From: Ministeria vibrans ATCC 50519
Taxonomy: Eukaryota; Protista; Filasterea
DNA length: 34,449 nucleotides
Assembly (NCBI GenBank): GCA_943704425.1
Contig: CALSCP010002616.1
Location: forward strand, 1 to 34,449
Reading direction: 5' to 3'
The translations under genes were made by a program, and so were the position numbers. How positions within the stretch are numbered: position 1 is the stretch's first letter; each line of letters begins with the position of its first letter. Positions 1 through 16,441 of this stretch are shown here, piece after piece. The notes under the pieces are model-generated. The model was given only the letters and a program-made list of their open reading frames with translations, did not search any database and was not told the origin of the DNA.

Positions 1-197
1 TCTTCTTTTTCTTCTTCATCAATATTATTATAATTAATTGTAAATAATTATTGACTTTCATTGTATTTTATTTTGCGTAGCATAAAAATATAGAATAATG
101 CATTTTGTTTTTGTTTGCATATTATCAATGTGGGAAATAATAAAAAATAATACTAATAAAAGAAGAAGCGCCACTATTTTGAAGAGGAACGCGCGGC

Positions 198-3952
<3,755 letters not shown>

Positions 3953-4432
3953 CAAAATTCCCACAAAATAAACAAACGAGAAAAAAAAGAATGATTTTAT
4001 TATTCGTTTATTCAACTATGATCATCCATTCGGAGCATTTCGTCAATGTCCGTCAACCCAAAGATCACAGCGCCTCCGCTGAGCCTCGTCCACCTACCAC
4101 ATACAGTAAGCGCCACTGTGACAGGGACGAACGGTAGTTTCGCGCCGCATCAATGCTTTGATCGGGACGACTTCAGTCCGAGACGGACAGGCGAACGTCT
4201 GTGGTTGCAAGTCATCCACACCACAAAGTCATCCCGTCTGCTGTAAAAACAAAAGAAGAAGAATGCCCGTGCGTGAGTTGTCAAGCCATATATAGCAAGC
4301 GCGGATGAGGATAGGCCACGCGGAGACGAGGACTTGTGTGATTTTGGTTTATTCATTCTCGAACTGCTAAAATTTAACTCTGATCCTCATCACTCTTTTT
4401 TTTTCTCTCTTTCTCTCTTCTCAGTCTCAGCC
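3953..4432. promoter_or_regulatory. Putative bidirectional promoter between ligase paralogs A and B
   Basis: Head-to-head starts 480 bp apart; TATA-like CATATATAG near 4287-4295; four TCATCC/GGATGA hexamers. Confidence 0.5.
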
Positions 4433-7400
4433 ATGCACCCCAACACCGCCACGAAAACAACGCTGGTCAATGCATCGGAGGTGATCGGGCTGTTCCCGTC
4501 GCTCGACGAAACGCACTCGTTCACGGGCGAAATTGCCATTGCGTTTGTGGGCCGTGCGATGGTCCCGACGGGGCTGCAGTGCGCCAGCGTCGCCGTGGCC
4601 CTTGGCTTCCCCTGGTGCGTCATGGTCATCCCCGAGGAAGCCTCAGAGTGTCTCGTTCACGTAAGTTTTTTTTTTTTTTTTTTTCTTTCTTTCTTGTGTT
4701 TTTTTCCCTCACGTTTGGGTTTTTTTTCCTCTCTTTCTCTCTCGTTCTCTCTCTCTCGCACACCCGCCACTCTCTCAAGGTGAAGAATGGAAAGGACACG
4801 CACCTGCACATCTCTGCCGGTGCCACCGTGGCGCCCGACGGCTCGACGGTCGTGTGGAATACATTTCCAACTCCCCAGCGCGTTTACCACATTGTTGACC
4901 CAACGCGCGCCACGTCGCCGGCCCTCCCCAACTCCGCCTGCAGCCAGGTTGCCGCCATGCTCGACAACCGTCTCCAGGTCCGCAACTTGCTCTATCGCGC
5001 GGATCTCGACGTCCCAGTCACTCTGGCTCTGCACCTGCGCGGCCCCGCCCTCGGCAATTGGTCCGCCGCTTCCGCCATCGTCGTCAGTGAGGTTGCCGCC
5101 GTCGAAGATCCTCAGGAGGCGGGTCAGGAGCCAGAGGCGTCGCCGGAGCGCGCCAATCGGGCCATTCTCAATTTCCTCACTGAACATCCCTGGATTCGTC
5201 GCGTGGTTGTCAAGGGCTGTGGTCCTCGCTTCAAAAACTGTCGCGAACAAAAGTTTTTCGCTGCGCGTGAGCTTCCTTTGCTCACCGAGCATGTGCTCCA
5301 GCTTCTCGCCATGTGCCCTGTTGTGCTCATCGAGGAGCACTTCGACTGCATCCGTCCCACTTTGGTACTTGAACAGCGCGAGGCGCGCATTTTCGCCGCG
5401 CTTCAGCCAACGGCTGCCAAACCCGACGAGCAGGCCGCCATCTTGCTGCAGGATGCCATCAGCCAGGCCGCACGCGAGGCTGGAGCCGAGCACGAGCCCG
5501 AGCACTGCATCAGTGACAGCGACGCTGCGGAAGTCTCCGACGACGAGGGGGGACCCTCTTTGGGACCGCGATCTACGGTGTCCACCATCAACGCCTCCGC
5601 CATGTCCGATCTGGCCGAGGCCACGCAGTTGGCGCATCTGTCCTTTAACGTTCGCGTCAATGTTGTCAAGTCCGCGGACGGTCTTCGTCGCCAGGTCTCG
5701 TCCATTGTGTGCTGTGTGGGACCCGCGTACAAACCGGTGGCCGAACGTCTCGGCGCCCTGCAGACCCTCGCGGACACTCTCTCCCAGTGGGGCATCACAG
5801 ACGAGAGTCTCGTCGAGCAAGTCCATGTTTTGTGTCGCTCCAACGCCTTCAAGGCGACCGACGTGTTCCAGCGCCAGTGTTCGCAGGACTGGTCCATTCT
5901 CGCTGTGGACATGATTCTCACTCGCCGCAAGGGACGCCTCGCCGCCATTGTGCTTGATGTCTCGGGTGTGTCGGCCGTCCTGCGCTCGGTTCTCATGGAG
6001 TCGCTCCACCCGAGTCTTCAAGGCACTGCTGTGCGTCCCTGGGTGCAGGTCATGCTGTCGCTGAGCCAACGCATGCGTCTCACGGGACGCACCATTGTCG
6101 TGCTGGGAGCCGGCTGGTTCAGCAAACAGGGTGTGTTTCGAACTGGAGCAGCGCTGGGTGTGAAGCTTGTTGTGGTGGACCCGAGCGATGGTGTAGACCA
6201 CCCCATTCGAAAGTTGTGCGCTGGCTGGGTACAGTTCCCGGAGCTCACCAACCACGAGGAGGACGAGGCGCACGTCAAGGAGATTGTCGATCTGCTTCAT
6301 GCGAATGGCTACGGCAACGTCGACGGCGCGATCACCTTTTCCGAGGACCTTGCGCCGCTCTGCTCGCGCATTCAAACCGCAATGAACCTGACAGGTAACA
6401 AAATTTGTTTTATTATGTACACTTGCATGATTTTCACCGCCCACTCGCCTTAACCTTCATCTGTTCTCCACCACTTTTTGTTATTATTTTATTTTTTGTT
6501 TCCCTCTTTTATTTCTCTCTCTCTTTCTTGTTCATTTGCTTTGTAGGAAACAGCACAGCATCTCAGCTGATTGCCAAGAGCAAATTTGAAACGCACATGC
6601 ATTTGAAGCAGCACGGCAAGCGTGGTGTCAGCAATTATGCCGCCCAGAGCGAGCGTTGCACGACCGTGCCTGAGTTGGTGGCGGTGCTGTCACGCGTGAC
6701 CCTCCCCGTCATTTTGAAGCCCGAGTACGGTTGTCAAGCGGTTGGTGTCACCTTGGTCTTCAGTGTCGCCGACGGCGTTGCGGCCTTCCAAGACTTCCAA
6801 CGTGAGCGACAGGAAGTACTACATCCGGGCTGCGGCGAAGGGTTTGGCAATGCCGTTGTCGTCATGCCTTATTTGGCGGGCAGCGAGCATGACGTTGACC
6901 TTGTTCTCTACCGTGGCCAGCTCATCTCTTCGGTTGTCAGCGATAATGGTCCAACTCGAGTAAGGCATAATACTATTATTAATGTATAATAATTAATAAG
7001 TTTTCTAACAAAAAATGTGTGTTCTCTTTAGCTCCCGCGCTTTAGCGAGACGACAGCATGCATGCCGAGCTCATTGCACCCGAACCGAGAGGAAGCTCTT
7101 GTGCAGGCAGCGTACCAGATTGTGCGTTGCGTGGGTCTGACGGACGGCGCAGTCAACGTCGAGATGAAAATGACGAGTGTTGGTCCACGCCTTATTGAGA
7201 TTAACGCGCGCATGGGTGGCTACTACAATTCATTGTGGATCAAGCAGGTACTCATAACAAAAAAATTCCGCAGATTTCTTTGCTTAAATAAATATTAACC
7301 TCTCATGATCTGCGCTGTATAGGTGTGGGGACTGAGCATGGTTGAACTGGCGTACATGGTGGCCAGTAACATCCAGCCGGTGCCCGTCTTCTCTGATGGT

Positions 7401-7706
7401 CCTCTGACGCACATTGTGGGCATTATGACGTATCCTTCGCAGCATGGCGCTGTGCTCAAAGACCCGACGGTGCGCGCGAACCTGCGTCGTCTGCACGACG
7501 GCAAGGCCATTGTGTTGTCCGAGTTTCATCCCGACTACGACCACGACGCTGCCACCGCATGCAGCAGCGAGGAACCCATTAGCAACATTGCTTGCCGGGC
7601 CACTTCCCTTCACGCCGCTCGAGAATCCCTCCTGGCGACTCTCGACATTTTTAAACTCAATTCCGGAGCTCCCAACACTGAATGGTTTCTCCGTCATATG
7701 TTTTGA
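4433..7706 (+). CDS. Carnosine synthase (CARNS1)-like double ATP-grasp protein, paralog B (C-terminal ATP-grasp intact, N-terminal degenerate)
   Basis: Exons 4433-4660, 4780-6394, 6547-6959, 7032-7247 and 7323-7706 have canonical splice sites and keep frame. Motifs VLGAGWFSK, LPVILKPEYGCQAVGV, HPGCGEGFGN, GSEHDVDLVL, VSDNGPTRLPRFSETTACMP, NVEMKMT, GPRLIEINARMGGYY and EEPISNIAC closely follow the catalytic half of vertebrate carnosine synthase. The start codon is less certain because an acceptor-like pyrimidine tract lies just upstream. Confidence 0.92.
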
Positions 7707-8159
7707 GAGTTGTACGTGCGTTTTTTGATGTACGAGTGTGTGAGAAATTAAAGAGAAAAACAAATAGCTTTTTGATGATGAAGAAGAATAGTAATAATAA
7801 TATTCATTAAAAAAATCCAACGTTTTCCTGACTACCCTTATGTACGTTAAAAATGGCTTGGTGCTGGCTCGTTTTTCGTTTGCAATTGATATAATTGTGT
7901 ATACTATATTCTCATCCTCTCCAAGTGCACGCTTTACTTCAACGACATATCAAAAAGACGTGTTCATTGCATTATTAGCAGAACAGAAATGTCCGGAAAG
8001 CACCTCTCTCTTTTTGTCTTATTTTTCTTTGCATCAATTGACATACTCTCTTTCTGTCTAAATCAAAATTCTGTTGTGATTGATTCTAGCTGTATTAACA
8101 ACAACAACGCTGTTTCTTCTTTCTCGTTTGTGCATTGTGCTTCTTCTTCGCGCTTCACT

Positions 8160-9976
8160 CTAAGAGTCAGGGCTGATTCGATTGTACTGCTTCATGAGCT
8201 CAGCCACTTCGGCAATGGGCAGTGCGTCGACTACGTTGTTGTCGCGACCGACCATTGTGCGGTTGGCCTGAAAGAAAAAACAATAAAAATAGTTGAATTT
8301 TTAGACAGAATAATATTGATTGTTTGCGTCTCTAAACAATCGCTTACCACCATTGAGTTGACAATTGCCTCATCGGTCGCTTGAACGGTCGCCTAACAAT
8401 GAAATTACACAATCAACGGAACACCCACCCACACACACACACACAATATCAGTGAGATACAATTAGAATAATTATTATTGTACCGTAAAAAAGTCATCAA
8501 GATTGCGGTCGGGGATCATATGGAGGGTGGCGAGACCACGCGCGGCACCTGCAGCAGGAGCGTTGGCAGTCGACAGTGCAAGGAAAATGTCACCACTCGA
8601 GTGGTGCGCAACGCTGCCACTGCGGCCCACACCGAGACCAATGCGGCGAGCCAGACGCTCGAGCTGGTGCGGCAGAAGGGGTGCGTTGGTGATGCAGATG
8701 GCAATGATGGACGACCGCACTGCAAACAGTACAAAAAGGTAGGTATCAGAATACGAATGCGTCACATAAGGGAAGCAGTTGTTTGTGATGCGCGCTCGGA
8801 ACGACTCTTGTGCGGGTCTTTTCTTCTCGTTTTTCTTCTCTTTTGTTTGTCAGCGTTTGCATCACCTTCTCGTTCCGGTTCGCGGTCTGGATTGAGGTGG
8901 CGACCCACCGGCACATTGTCAATGATGAGCTCGCGACGATCGCCAAAATTGGACTGGACAAAGACACCGAGCGTGTAGGCAACGCCATCGTACGTGATGA
9001 CACGCGAAGAAGTACCACTACCGCCCTTGTAGCCGTAGCAAATCATGCCTGTGCCACCGCCAATGCTACCCTCTTCAATGGGCGCGCCGTACACGGCACT
9101 GTCGATTGCGCTAAAGACGTGTTCCTGCTTTACATGATAGCCATTGATGTCACTCAGGTAGCCGTCGTAAGTCTCCGCCGCAACGGGCAAAGCGAATCGA
9201 TCTAGATAGGAAAAGAAACGAAATTATTCGGCAACGTCGTGGATGACAGTTTCCATTGAGTGTTTTTAAATGAACTCGGGTACCTTCGAGACTGTCCGGG
9301 TAGTTGGCAGAGAGCCACTGAAGAGTTGAGTCACGGGCAATTCCAACAGAATGCGTGTTGGTCAGGGTGATGGGCCACGGGCAACGTCCGACCTGGAAAA
9401 ACCAATGGGGGTTACGTTTACGGTCAAGTTGAATCATAATTAATATGCACAATAAAAAGAAACACCGCCGCATGGAACTATTAATAAATGGTCTACCTCT
9501 TGGATCCAGTGACTGCCAGTCAGCTCGCCGTTTCCGTTGAGCGAGTGGAGCGCAGCAAACACAGGCAGACCAGTCTCCTCGAGGACGCGCGGAAGAATTG
9601 CGGTGACACCGGTGCGAACGGGGCCAACGCCAACTTCAAGGGGCCCATCGCCTTTGACAATGGTGCAGTAGCCGATTCCGACGCCGGGAACATCGGTGAT
9701 GGAATTGAGAGGACCCGGTTCGCCGTCAAATTGGATGCCGAGCGAACGGCCACGTCGCAGGCCGCTTGGCGTGAGCAGGAGCGGGTCAGTCACTGTGGAG
9801 GCTACGGAGTGGAAGAGAGAATCAGACGGTTTCCTTGGGGGTGCGCGTGGGTTTGGAACGAGAAGGTTTGCGGTGAAGCTTTTGGATGACTTCGCGAAAA
9901 AAAAGAGGAAAAAAGCCCCTTCTGTATATATGGAGGAGAGGCTACGCGTCGGCAACACGACGTGAATGCGCTTCAT
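8160..9976 (-). CDS. dmpA: DmpA/BapA-family (peptidase S58, P1) Ntn-type L-aminopeptidase / beta-peptidyl aminopeptidase
   Basis: Exons approx. 9976-9497 (possibly with a small first intron), 9392-9284, 9201-8866, 8719-8484, 8392-8348 and 8267-8160. Motifs GPLNSITDVPGV, VRTGVTAILP, LNGNGELTG, TNTHSVG, LPVAAETYDGYLSDING, EGSIGGGTGM, KGGSGTSSR, VQSNFG, SII..TNAPLLPHQLERLARR and SGDIFLALSTAN are diagnostic. Confidence 0.93.
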
Positions 9977-10960
9977 GGTGCAAGGGTGGTTGTGCAGTGC
10001 GCACTGCGGTCGGGATAGGTTGGGACGTTACAAAGACGAAAGCTTTTATTTTGGTGATATTTTCTTATTTTGGTGATATTTTGCTCGAAAGATAAAGAGG
10101 GGAGTCGACACACCTGGTGTAGAAGTCATTGTAAATGTTCTATTAGGGTTTAAGATTTACGCAGAGTGAAGTCTTTGAAGTAAAAAAAAAAGTGAATAAT
10201 AAAATGAATAATAAATAATAATAATAATAATAATTATTATTATTATTAATAATATTAATATTAATATTTTATTAATTACGAGGAGTAATTAATGATAATA
10301 ATTGGGATGACGGATGAGAACGAGTAAGCGCAAAAGAAGGGCGTGTAGCGGCATATTACTTATTAGCGGGACAGTAATAACACTATCATAGTGATGAGTA
10401 AGACTTAAAAACTAACATCTAATAGCGAATGATTTTTTTTTTGGAAGTCCTAGGGCAAAAGCTTCATTGTACAAGACAATCTAGCCATCCGAAGCGGCTG
10501 CTTCACCCCCGTATGGGCCGAAGCGGACATTCCGAGAGACTTGCATGCAAAACAATAAATTTATTATTATTATACATGGGAACCATAAAAGATTGAGCCA
10601 AAAGCCTAAACTTGCTGGATCAGGAAGTGCCAAGTGACTGTCTGTCTACGTAACAGACAGACTAGTGCTTATGGCATTCTAGTACGAGTCGATGAGGCAG
10701 AACTACTTCAGAACTACTTGGGGAATGAATGACCGTGCGGTGCTGTGTACGTGGAGCGTAGCTCCCTCTCTTATGGTCATTCATTCCCTTGGGTGGAAGG
10801 GAGGTGGAAGTTTGAAGTATTATATGTAAATGCAGTGTTTGCAAGATGAAGTCATCACATTCTCTCCCACATCGTCGTTCGTTACGTCCCAAGGACTGAT
10901 GAATTAGGCCTATTCCCATTTCCCAGTTGTAGGGTAGCATTTACTCGCCCTCTGATTGGA

Positions 10961-11461
10961 TCACGAAAAACTTATCACATCTGTTTGTTTTACTTGAATG
11001 GGTTGTCCAGCTGGGGTTGAAAGTGAGCCAGAAAGAAGAAAGTTGACGACAGTTTCGGTATGTGCAGGATGCACAACAAGCGTCAGACTTCCGTTTGCGT
11101 CGAAGACGGCGGAATGCACAAGCGGATACTCAGTACCACATTCTAATGCCCCAGGACACGCCGTCGATGTTGTTCCAGCTTGTTGTTTAATACACTGGAT
11201 AACAACATCAGAACTCAATCGTGGAGTGAAGTCTTGAGCTGTCTGAGGTATGACGAGTCCTATGCAGAATATTACACTTGCCAAATACATTCGACTGATC
11301 TTACCTGTTACAGTCTTGGGTTCGTAAAACCAGTCTCCTGGGTGCGGATTACGAAATCCGAGACAGATACACGTAGCACAGCAGAGGGTACGGACTATTT
11401 GATCGAACGCCAGACATTTTTCAGCCCAATACCCAGTATTAGTTGTGTTTCGATAACTCAT
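10961..11461 (-). other. Possible small or degenerate ORF of unknown function
   Basis: 166-codon ORF in non-repetitive, lower-GC sequence. An internal Met is followed by a hydrophobic stretch (MYLASVIFCIGLVIPQTAQ). No family recognised. Confidence 0.2.
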
Positions 11462-11821
11462 TTCTACATGCCCCCCCCCAAAAAAAAATCAGGAAAGTAT
11501 CAAGCACAATACCATAGCAAGCAACCACAACCAACAGCCCTGAACACACTCTTTGAACAAAAAAGTCCTTACATTGCCTGCCATACGGGGATTCACCCTA
11601 ACGAAAAACTTTCAATCGATGGTGAGGGCTGATATACCACACACAAGCCATCACCCTCAACCCGCTGATACACAAATGGCTTACTATTTCGGTTGTAGGC
11701 GTGAAGAGTTTTTCTGAGTCGAAGAAGGCAAAAGTGTGTGTTGGATTTGGAAGTCGAGATCGAATTTGATACAATAATTATCATAATTATTTTATGCATT
11801 AAAGAGAACTGAGACTGAAAC

Positions 11822-14029
11822 ATGGCAGATCCTTGCACTGGTAACTTTACGGGCGCCATTCCCATCGACGGCGGCCTTGTGCACAGCACTGTCTATGGCT
11901 TGCTGTTGCTTCTTGCTGGCATTGTTCTCTTCTCAGCCCAACTGCGCTTTTGCTACCTTCCGCCGAGGGGCAAGCTGGGACGACTTGCGGTTGAGGGCGA
12001 CGAAGAGCAAGACAATGAAGAACGCCGTCTCATTGCACATCGCGCCAGCATACTCCCTGACGACGACGACGACGAAAAGGATGTCGATGGCGAGCAACGG
12101 TGGGATCCCAAGTGGTTTCGCTGGCTCTTTGACCTGTGGCGCACGCGCGATGAGGACATTGAAATCCACGGTGGACATCAGGCTCTTCAGTTTGTGCGCT
12201 TTAAGCGAATCATTAACTGGCTGCTGCTCTTCTGCACCGCCGTTTCCATTGGTATAGTGCTTCCTGTGAACTGGAGCGGCGACCGTGGTCTGAAGGGCTT
12301 CAGTCGCACGACGCTGGTCAACATCCAGCCTTCGTCGCCCGCTCTCTGGGCGCACGCCGTTGGAATGCTCCTCATCACTGTCGCCTTCTACGTTGCTGCC
12401 GATCAGTTCTCGCGACNNNNNNNNNNNNNNNNNNNNNNNNNNNNNNNNNNNNNNNNNNNNNNNNNNNNNNNNNNNGCGTCTTGTGAGCGTATGTCGCGCG
12501 CCCTGACTGAGTATACAACGCGTCGCCTTCGTCTGAGGAGTCTCTCGCACGTCGAAGTCATTCCCACGCTGCGTGGTGTTATGAGCGCGACTGACGATCT
12601 TGCTGCAGCCAAGAAGCGCGCGCGCGAGTACTCAAGCAACAGTCGATCTCGCTTGGGGCGACTCTTTGATTGGTTGGCCTGCCGTGACACTTCCATGTCG
12701 ACGCTGGTGGCGCGCGAGCAAGGCGCGCGTTCCATGGTTCACCAGCAATGGCACCTTGCTGAAGAGAGCAATAGTGGCGCTGCCTTCCTGACCTTCTCAA
12801 CGGTTGCCGATGCAAACACCTTCTTGAAACAGCACGACAAGATGTCTGCCAATCAGCGACATGTCCAAGGTGATCTCGCGACCGGGGACTGGACCGCCCG
12901 CATTGCGCCGCCTCCCTCCACTGTCAACTGGAGCAATCTTGCAGTGACGTCGGCGAGTCATTTTTTGCGCAAACTTGTTCTCAACGGCCTGCTCTTTGCT
13001 TTTGTGGCACTCTGGAGCACACCAACGTCTTTTCTAAGTTCAGGCTGGCACAAGATCACTGGTGACTCTCTTCACATCGACAGCTACTTTGTTGCCACTT
13101 TTGTCACGCCTTTTCTTACGCTTATTCTTGGCTACATCATGCCCATTGTGATTGTGACTACGTCAAGCTATGAGCGCCACCGCACAGCTCACGCCGAGGC
13201 GCTGAGCAATATCTTCAAGGTCTTCGTGTACCTACTTCTCGTTGGGTTTGTGTTGCCCGCACTTGTCCTGACCACGCTTGATGCGCTTATACACATGACC
13301 GCTGAGCAGTTCCAGCATACGCTTGTGTGTGTATTCCTTCCGGGCAATGGCCTCTTTTTTGTCAATTTAATGCTCTCGTACGGACTTGTGGGCACCGCAC
13401 TTCAGCTGATGCCCATCCTCACGTCCATTCGCTTTTTCTTTCTCCTCTTCAATGCGTCCACCCCCGAAGCACGCGAGGCGGCGCGGCGTCCACGCACTGC
13501 ACCACTTTCGTTTGGCATGGCTTTTGCCTCGCATTTGGGGCATCTCATGCCTGTCGTCGCTTACGCTACCGACATACCGCTGGTGGTGCCGGCCGCGCTC
13601 ATCTTCAACTTTCTCAGCTATCATCTCACACGCGTGACTGTCGTGAAGACGGCTCGTCGCGCCAACCAGGTGCCCGACGCCCGCATTGGTGTTTTCGTCG
13701 TCAACGTGCTGCTTGGCATGCCGTTGATTGGGCAGGGGCTGCTCGCGGGCTATGTCGGCGTGCGAGTGGGCGACCAGATTGCTCTGTGGGTCTTCTTGCT
13801 GTGTCTTCCGGCCTTCACGGTCCTGGTACTTCTCTTGCGGTGGAAGAAGTGGCTGAGGTTTGCGGACAACGAGGCGCGCTCACGTCGCCCCTTCACTCTT
13901 GAAGTACTCTACGAGGACACTGCCTACATACCCAGCGTCGTCTCCAAGTATCGCGCATGGAAAGTGGCGCACGCCGCTGAGTCTCAACAACCCGAAGACG
14001 AGTCGATTCGTCTGTTCTGTCAACAATAA
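11822..14029 (+). CDS. OSCA/TMEM63 (CSC1)-family mechanosensitive / hyperosmolality-gated channel, copy 1 (intronless)
   Basis: 735-codon ORF with many TM segments. Motifs GIVLPVNWSG, FSRTTLVNI..LWAH, GAAFLTF, APPPSTVNWSNL, WSTP, FLPGNGLFFVN and PLVVPAALIF. A 59-N gap at 12417-12475 preserves frame. Confidence 0.92.
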   Translation: MADPCTGNFTGAIPIDGGLVHSTVYGLLLLLAGIVLFSAQLRFCYLPPRGKLGRLAVEGDEEQDNEERRLIAHRASILPDDDDDEKDVDGEQRWDPKWFRWLFDLWRTRDEDIEIHGGHQALQFVRFKRIINWLLLFCTAVSIGIVLPVNWSGDRGLKGFSRTTLVNIQPSSPALWAHAVGMLLITVAFYVAADQFSRXXXXXXXXXXXXXXXXXXXXASCERMSRALTEYTTRRLRLRSLSHVEVIPTLRGVMSATDDLAAAKKRAREYSSNSRSRLGRLFDWLACRDTSMSTLVAREQGARSMVHQQWHLAEESNSGAAFLTFSTVADANTFLKQHDKMSANQRHVQGDLATGDWTARIAPPPSTVNWSNLAVTSASHFLRKLVLNGLLFAFVALWSTPTSFLSSGWHKITGDSLHIDSYFVATFVTPFLTLILGYIMPIVIVTTSSYERHRTAHAEALSNIFKVFVYLLLVGFVLPALVLTTLDALIHMTAEQFQHTLVCVFLPGNGLFFVNLMLSYGLVGTALQLMPILTSIRFFFLLFNASTPEAREAARRPRTAPLSFGMAFASHLGHLMPVVAYATDIPLVVPAALIFNFLSYHLTRVTVVKTARRANQVPDARIGVFVVNVLLGMPLIGQGLLAGYVGVRVGDQIALWVFLLCLPAFTVLVLLLRWKKWLRFADNEARSRRPFTLEVLYEDTAYIPSVVSKYRAWKVAHAAESQQPEDESIRLFCQQ

Positions 14030-14595
14030 TGTATTTGAACCATTATACATAAGTACAATAAAATTTTTCTTATTTTTTGTATTTTAGACACTATCTCTTG
14101 ATAATGTAATTTTCAATTAAACTTTCAGGCGACTTTCATTGATACAAGCTATCATATGACTTTCAGTTCACAGTTTTGATTACAAAATTGCATACCAAAG
14201 TTGCTTAGTTCTATTCTGTTTTTGTACAATCCCTACTTTAGCTAAGTAGAACTTTAGTAGGTATGTTCATAGTTTTTGACGCCCCTGTCTCGTAGAAGGT
14301 GGTTTGTGTTGTCTCTTTTTTGTTTTGTCAGATAATTAATACGAATATTATAAAATTAATAATAATAATTTATACCCAAATATTACAATTTACATATAGA
14401 ATAACAACGATGAGTCGCTGAGTCGCTGATTTACGCTGAATGCTTCCATAGTAGATTGGTGGATGGTATAATAAACACTACCAATTTTGCTGGAACCGCA
14501 AAACCGCAAACCTTTTTTTTTCACATTAATTATTGTGCTTACTTAATCTCAACTGGCCCGACGGAACATAGTGCGCCGGAGCAGTGCTGTCTGCT

Positions 14596-16343
14596 ATGGC
14601 AACTAGTTCGGTGTTGAACGAAGAAACAATTCTTCTGAGTGACATCGGGAATGCTTCGACCGACTTTGTTTCTCCTCCATCTGCACCGTCCGCCAAGCCC
14701 ACGCTGCGCTTCTACATAGAAGAGGATGAACTTGATGTAGAGGATGTACCTGTGGCGGTGGAGGAGCCGGCTGTTACCGCGGAGGACCCAGCTGTGACAG
14801 CGACGGCGGTTCTTGACACGACGCCGATTTCTCTTCCCTTGAATGTTTCCTCGCTGCCCCTGCTCCTCGTTGATTGCAAACCAGGCACTACGGTGGTGCC
14901 CGAAGTGGGTCAGCCAGCAGCTGACCCGTCATCGCCGCTTTTGGGAGTGAGTGTTGACGAGGAAGACGGCACTGGCAATGCGGATGACTTGCACGTCCAG
15001 CAGAAACGGCTTGTCGCACGGCTCTTCTCTCACATGCGCTCTTGGCGTGTCGCGCTGACCGTTGTCCTGTTGGCTCTCTCGGGCATCCCAGCTATTGTCG
15101 GCCATGCCGTGACACGACCGTTGCGCATTTGCGGCTCCAATTTGCAGACATGGTCGATCTTTCTGTGCTGCTGCATCATCTCCTATTGGCTGGCACTCGT
15201 CCTTGCCATCCTGCTCCTCTTCTTCTCACGAAAGATCTTCCTGCACACTCAATTTGGCAGGCACGCAGTCTATCTGCTGGCCGGACTACAGTGAGCGCAC
15301 AAATCAAAAAAGTTCGACATACTTTGCTTAACAAGGGGCTTTGTAGATGGCAAGTGCACCGCACTCTGATGACCGTACTGTGGATGGCGTTCTTTTTCAT
15401 TGTTTTCCTTATCCAACCTGTTGCTGCACAAGATCACGTTCCGGGGCTCGAGGTAAGCGAATAATAAGACACGTAGAGAGCAACAACACCTCACGCAGTC
15501 GGATTGGTTCTTAGCCGCTAAAATGGCTTGAGCGCATTCTCATCTCGCTCGTGCTGATTACCTCCACGTTTCTATTAAAGGTACTAAAATATGCAATAAT
15601 TATTATTATTATTATTATTATAATATTATTATGATAATGCTCTGAATTTAATTTTTGGTGGTCGTAGTCGTTTCTTGCACGACTGGTCGGGATGCGACAC
15701 ATTCGCGATGCATACTTCAACCGAATGCAAGACTCGCTGTTCAGCCAGCACATTCTGGTGACCATAGTGACACGCGGGAGGCGAAAGTCGCGGGTTGCAC
15801 CGCTGATTGTGCAGCACTGGTGGAAGCCACTGTGGCGCGCAAAGAAGACCACGTCGTCGACAGAGTTGCAGCGGCAGCAGTCAGGGAGTGTGGGATCCAA
15901 CCTGGCGGACATGGGGGATGCATCAGCAGTGTCCACAATAACAGCCAGTGGCGCTGGTCGGCGCGACGGTATCAGTCCGGCATCCGCCGCCGCTCTGGCT
16001 GCTGCTGCAGCCGAGTCGTTCCTGTCTCCGTCAAAGCCCCTTGAGTCGCTCCAAGGTGCCCCTGCGACTGTGTCTATGGCAGTTGAGCGCACTTTCATGA
16101 GTCCGTCGCAGTTTGAGGCTATGTTGATTCTCATCAAGGCCGGTTTTGCTGAAGGTCCTTGACTGAATATGATCAGAACGAGTGAGAGACCGGAGACTCA
16201 TACATTAGTGTTGCTTAAATAGGTTATGACTGGCTTGGAAATGAGTATGTCAAGACATCGCGTGATTTCAGTCAGACGGAAACGCAGAATCGAGAGACTG
16301 AAAAGGTTTGGAATATAATAGTTATTGTTCTCATTATTAATCC

Positions 16344-16387
<44 letters not shown>

Positions 16388-16402
16388 TTATTCTTCTTAT
16401 TC

Positions 16403-16441
<39 letters not shown>

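Noticed and set aside
4046-4246. 66-aa ORF upstream of ligase B as a possible first exon or uORF
   Set aside because: No homology to CARNS1 N-termini and no convincing in-frame splice; it lies in the putative promoter.
4657-6444. 595-aa antisense ORF, plus the 375-aa alternative-frame ORF at 4787-5914
   Set aside because: Shadow ORFs of the GC-rich exon 2 of ligase B; no recognisable motifs.
10046-10083. Direct repeat TATTTTGGTGATATTTT x2 upstream of dmpA
   Set aside because: Short AT-rich duplication not seen at other cluster promoters; not enough evidence for function.
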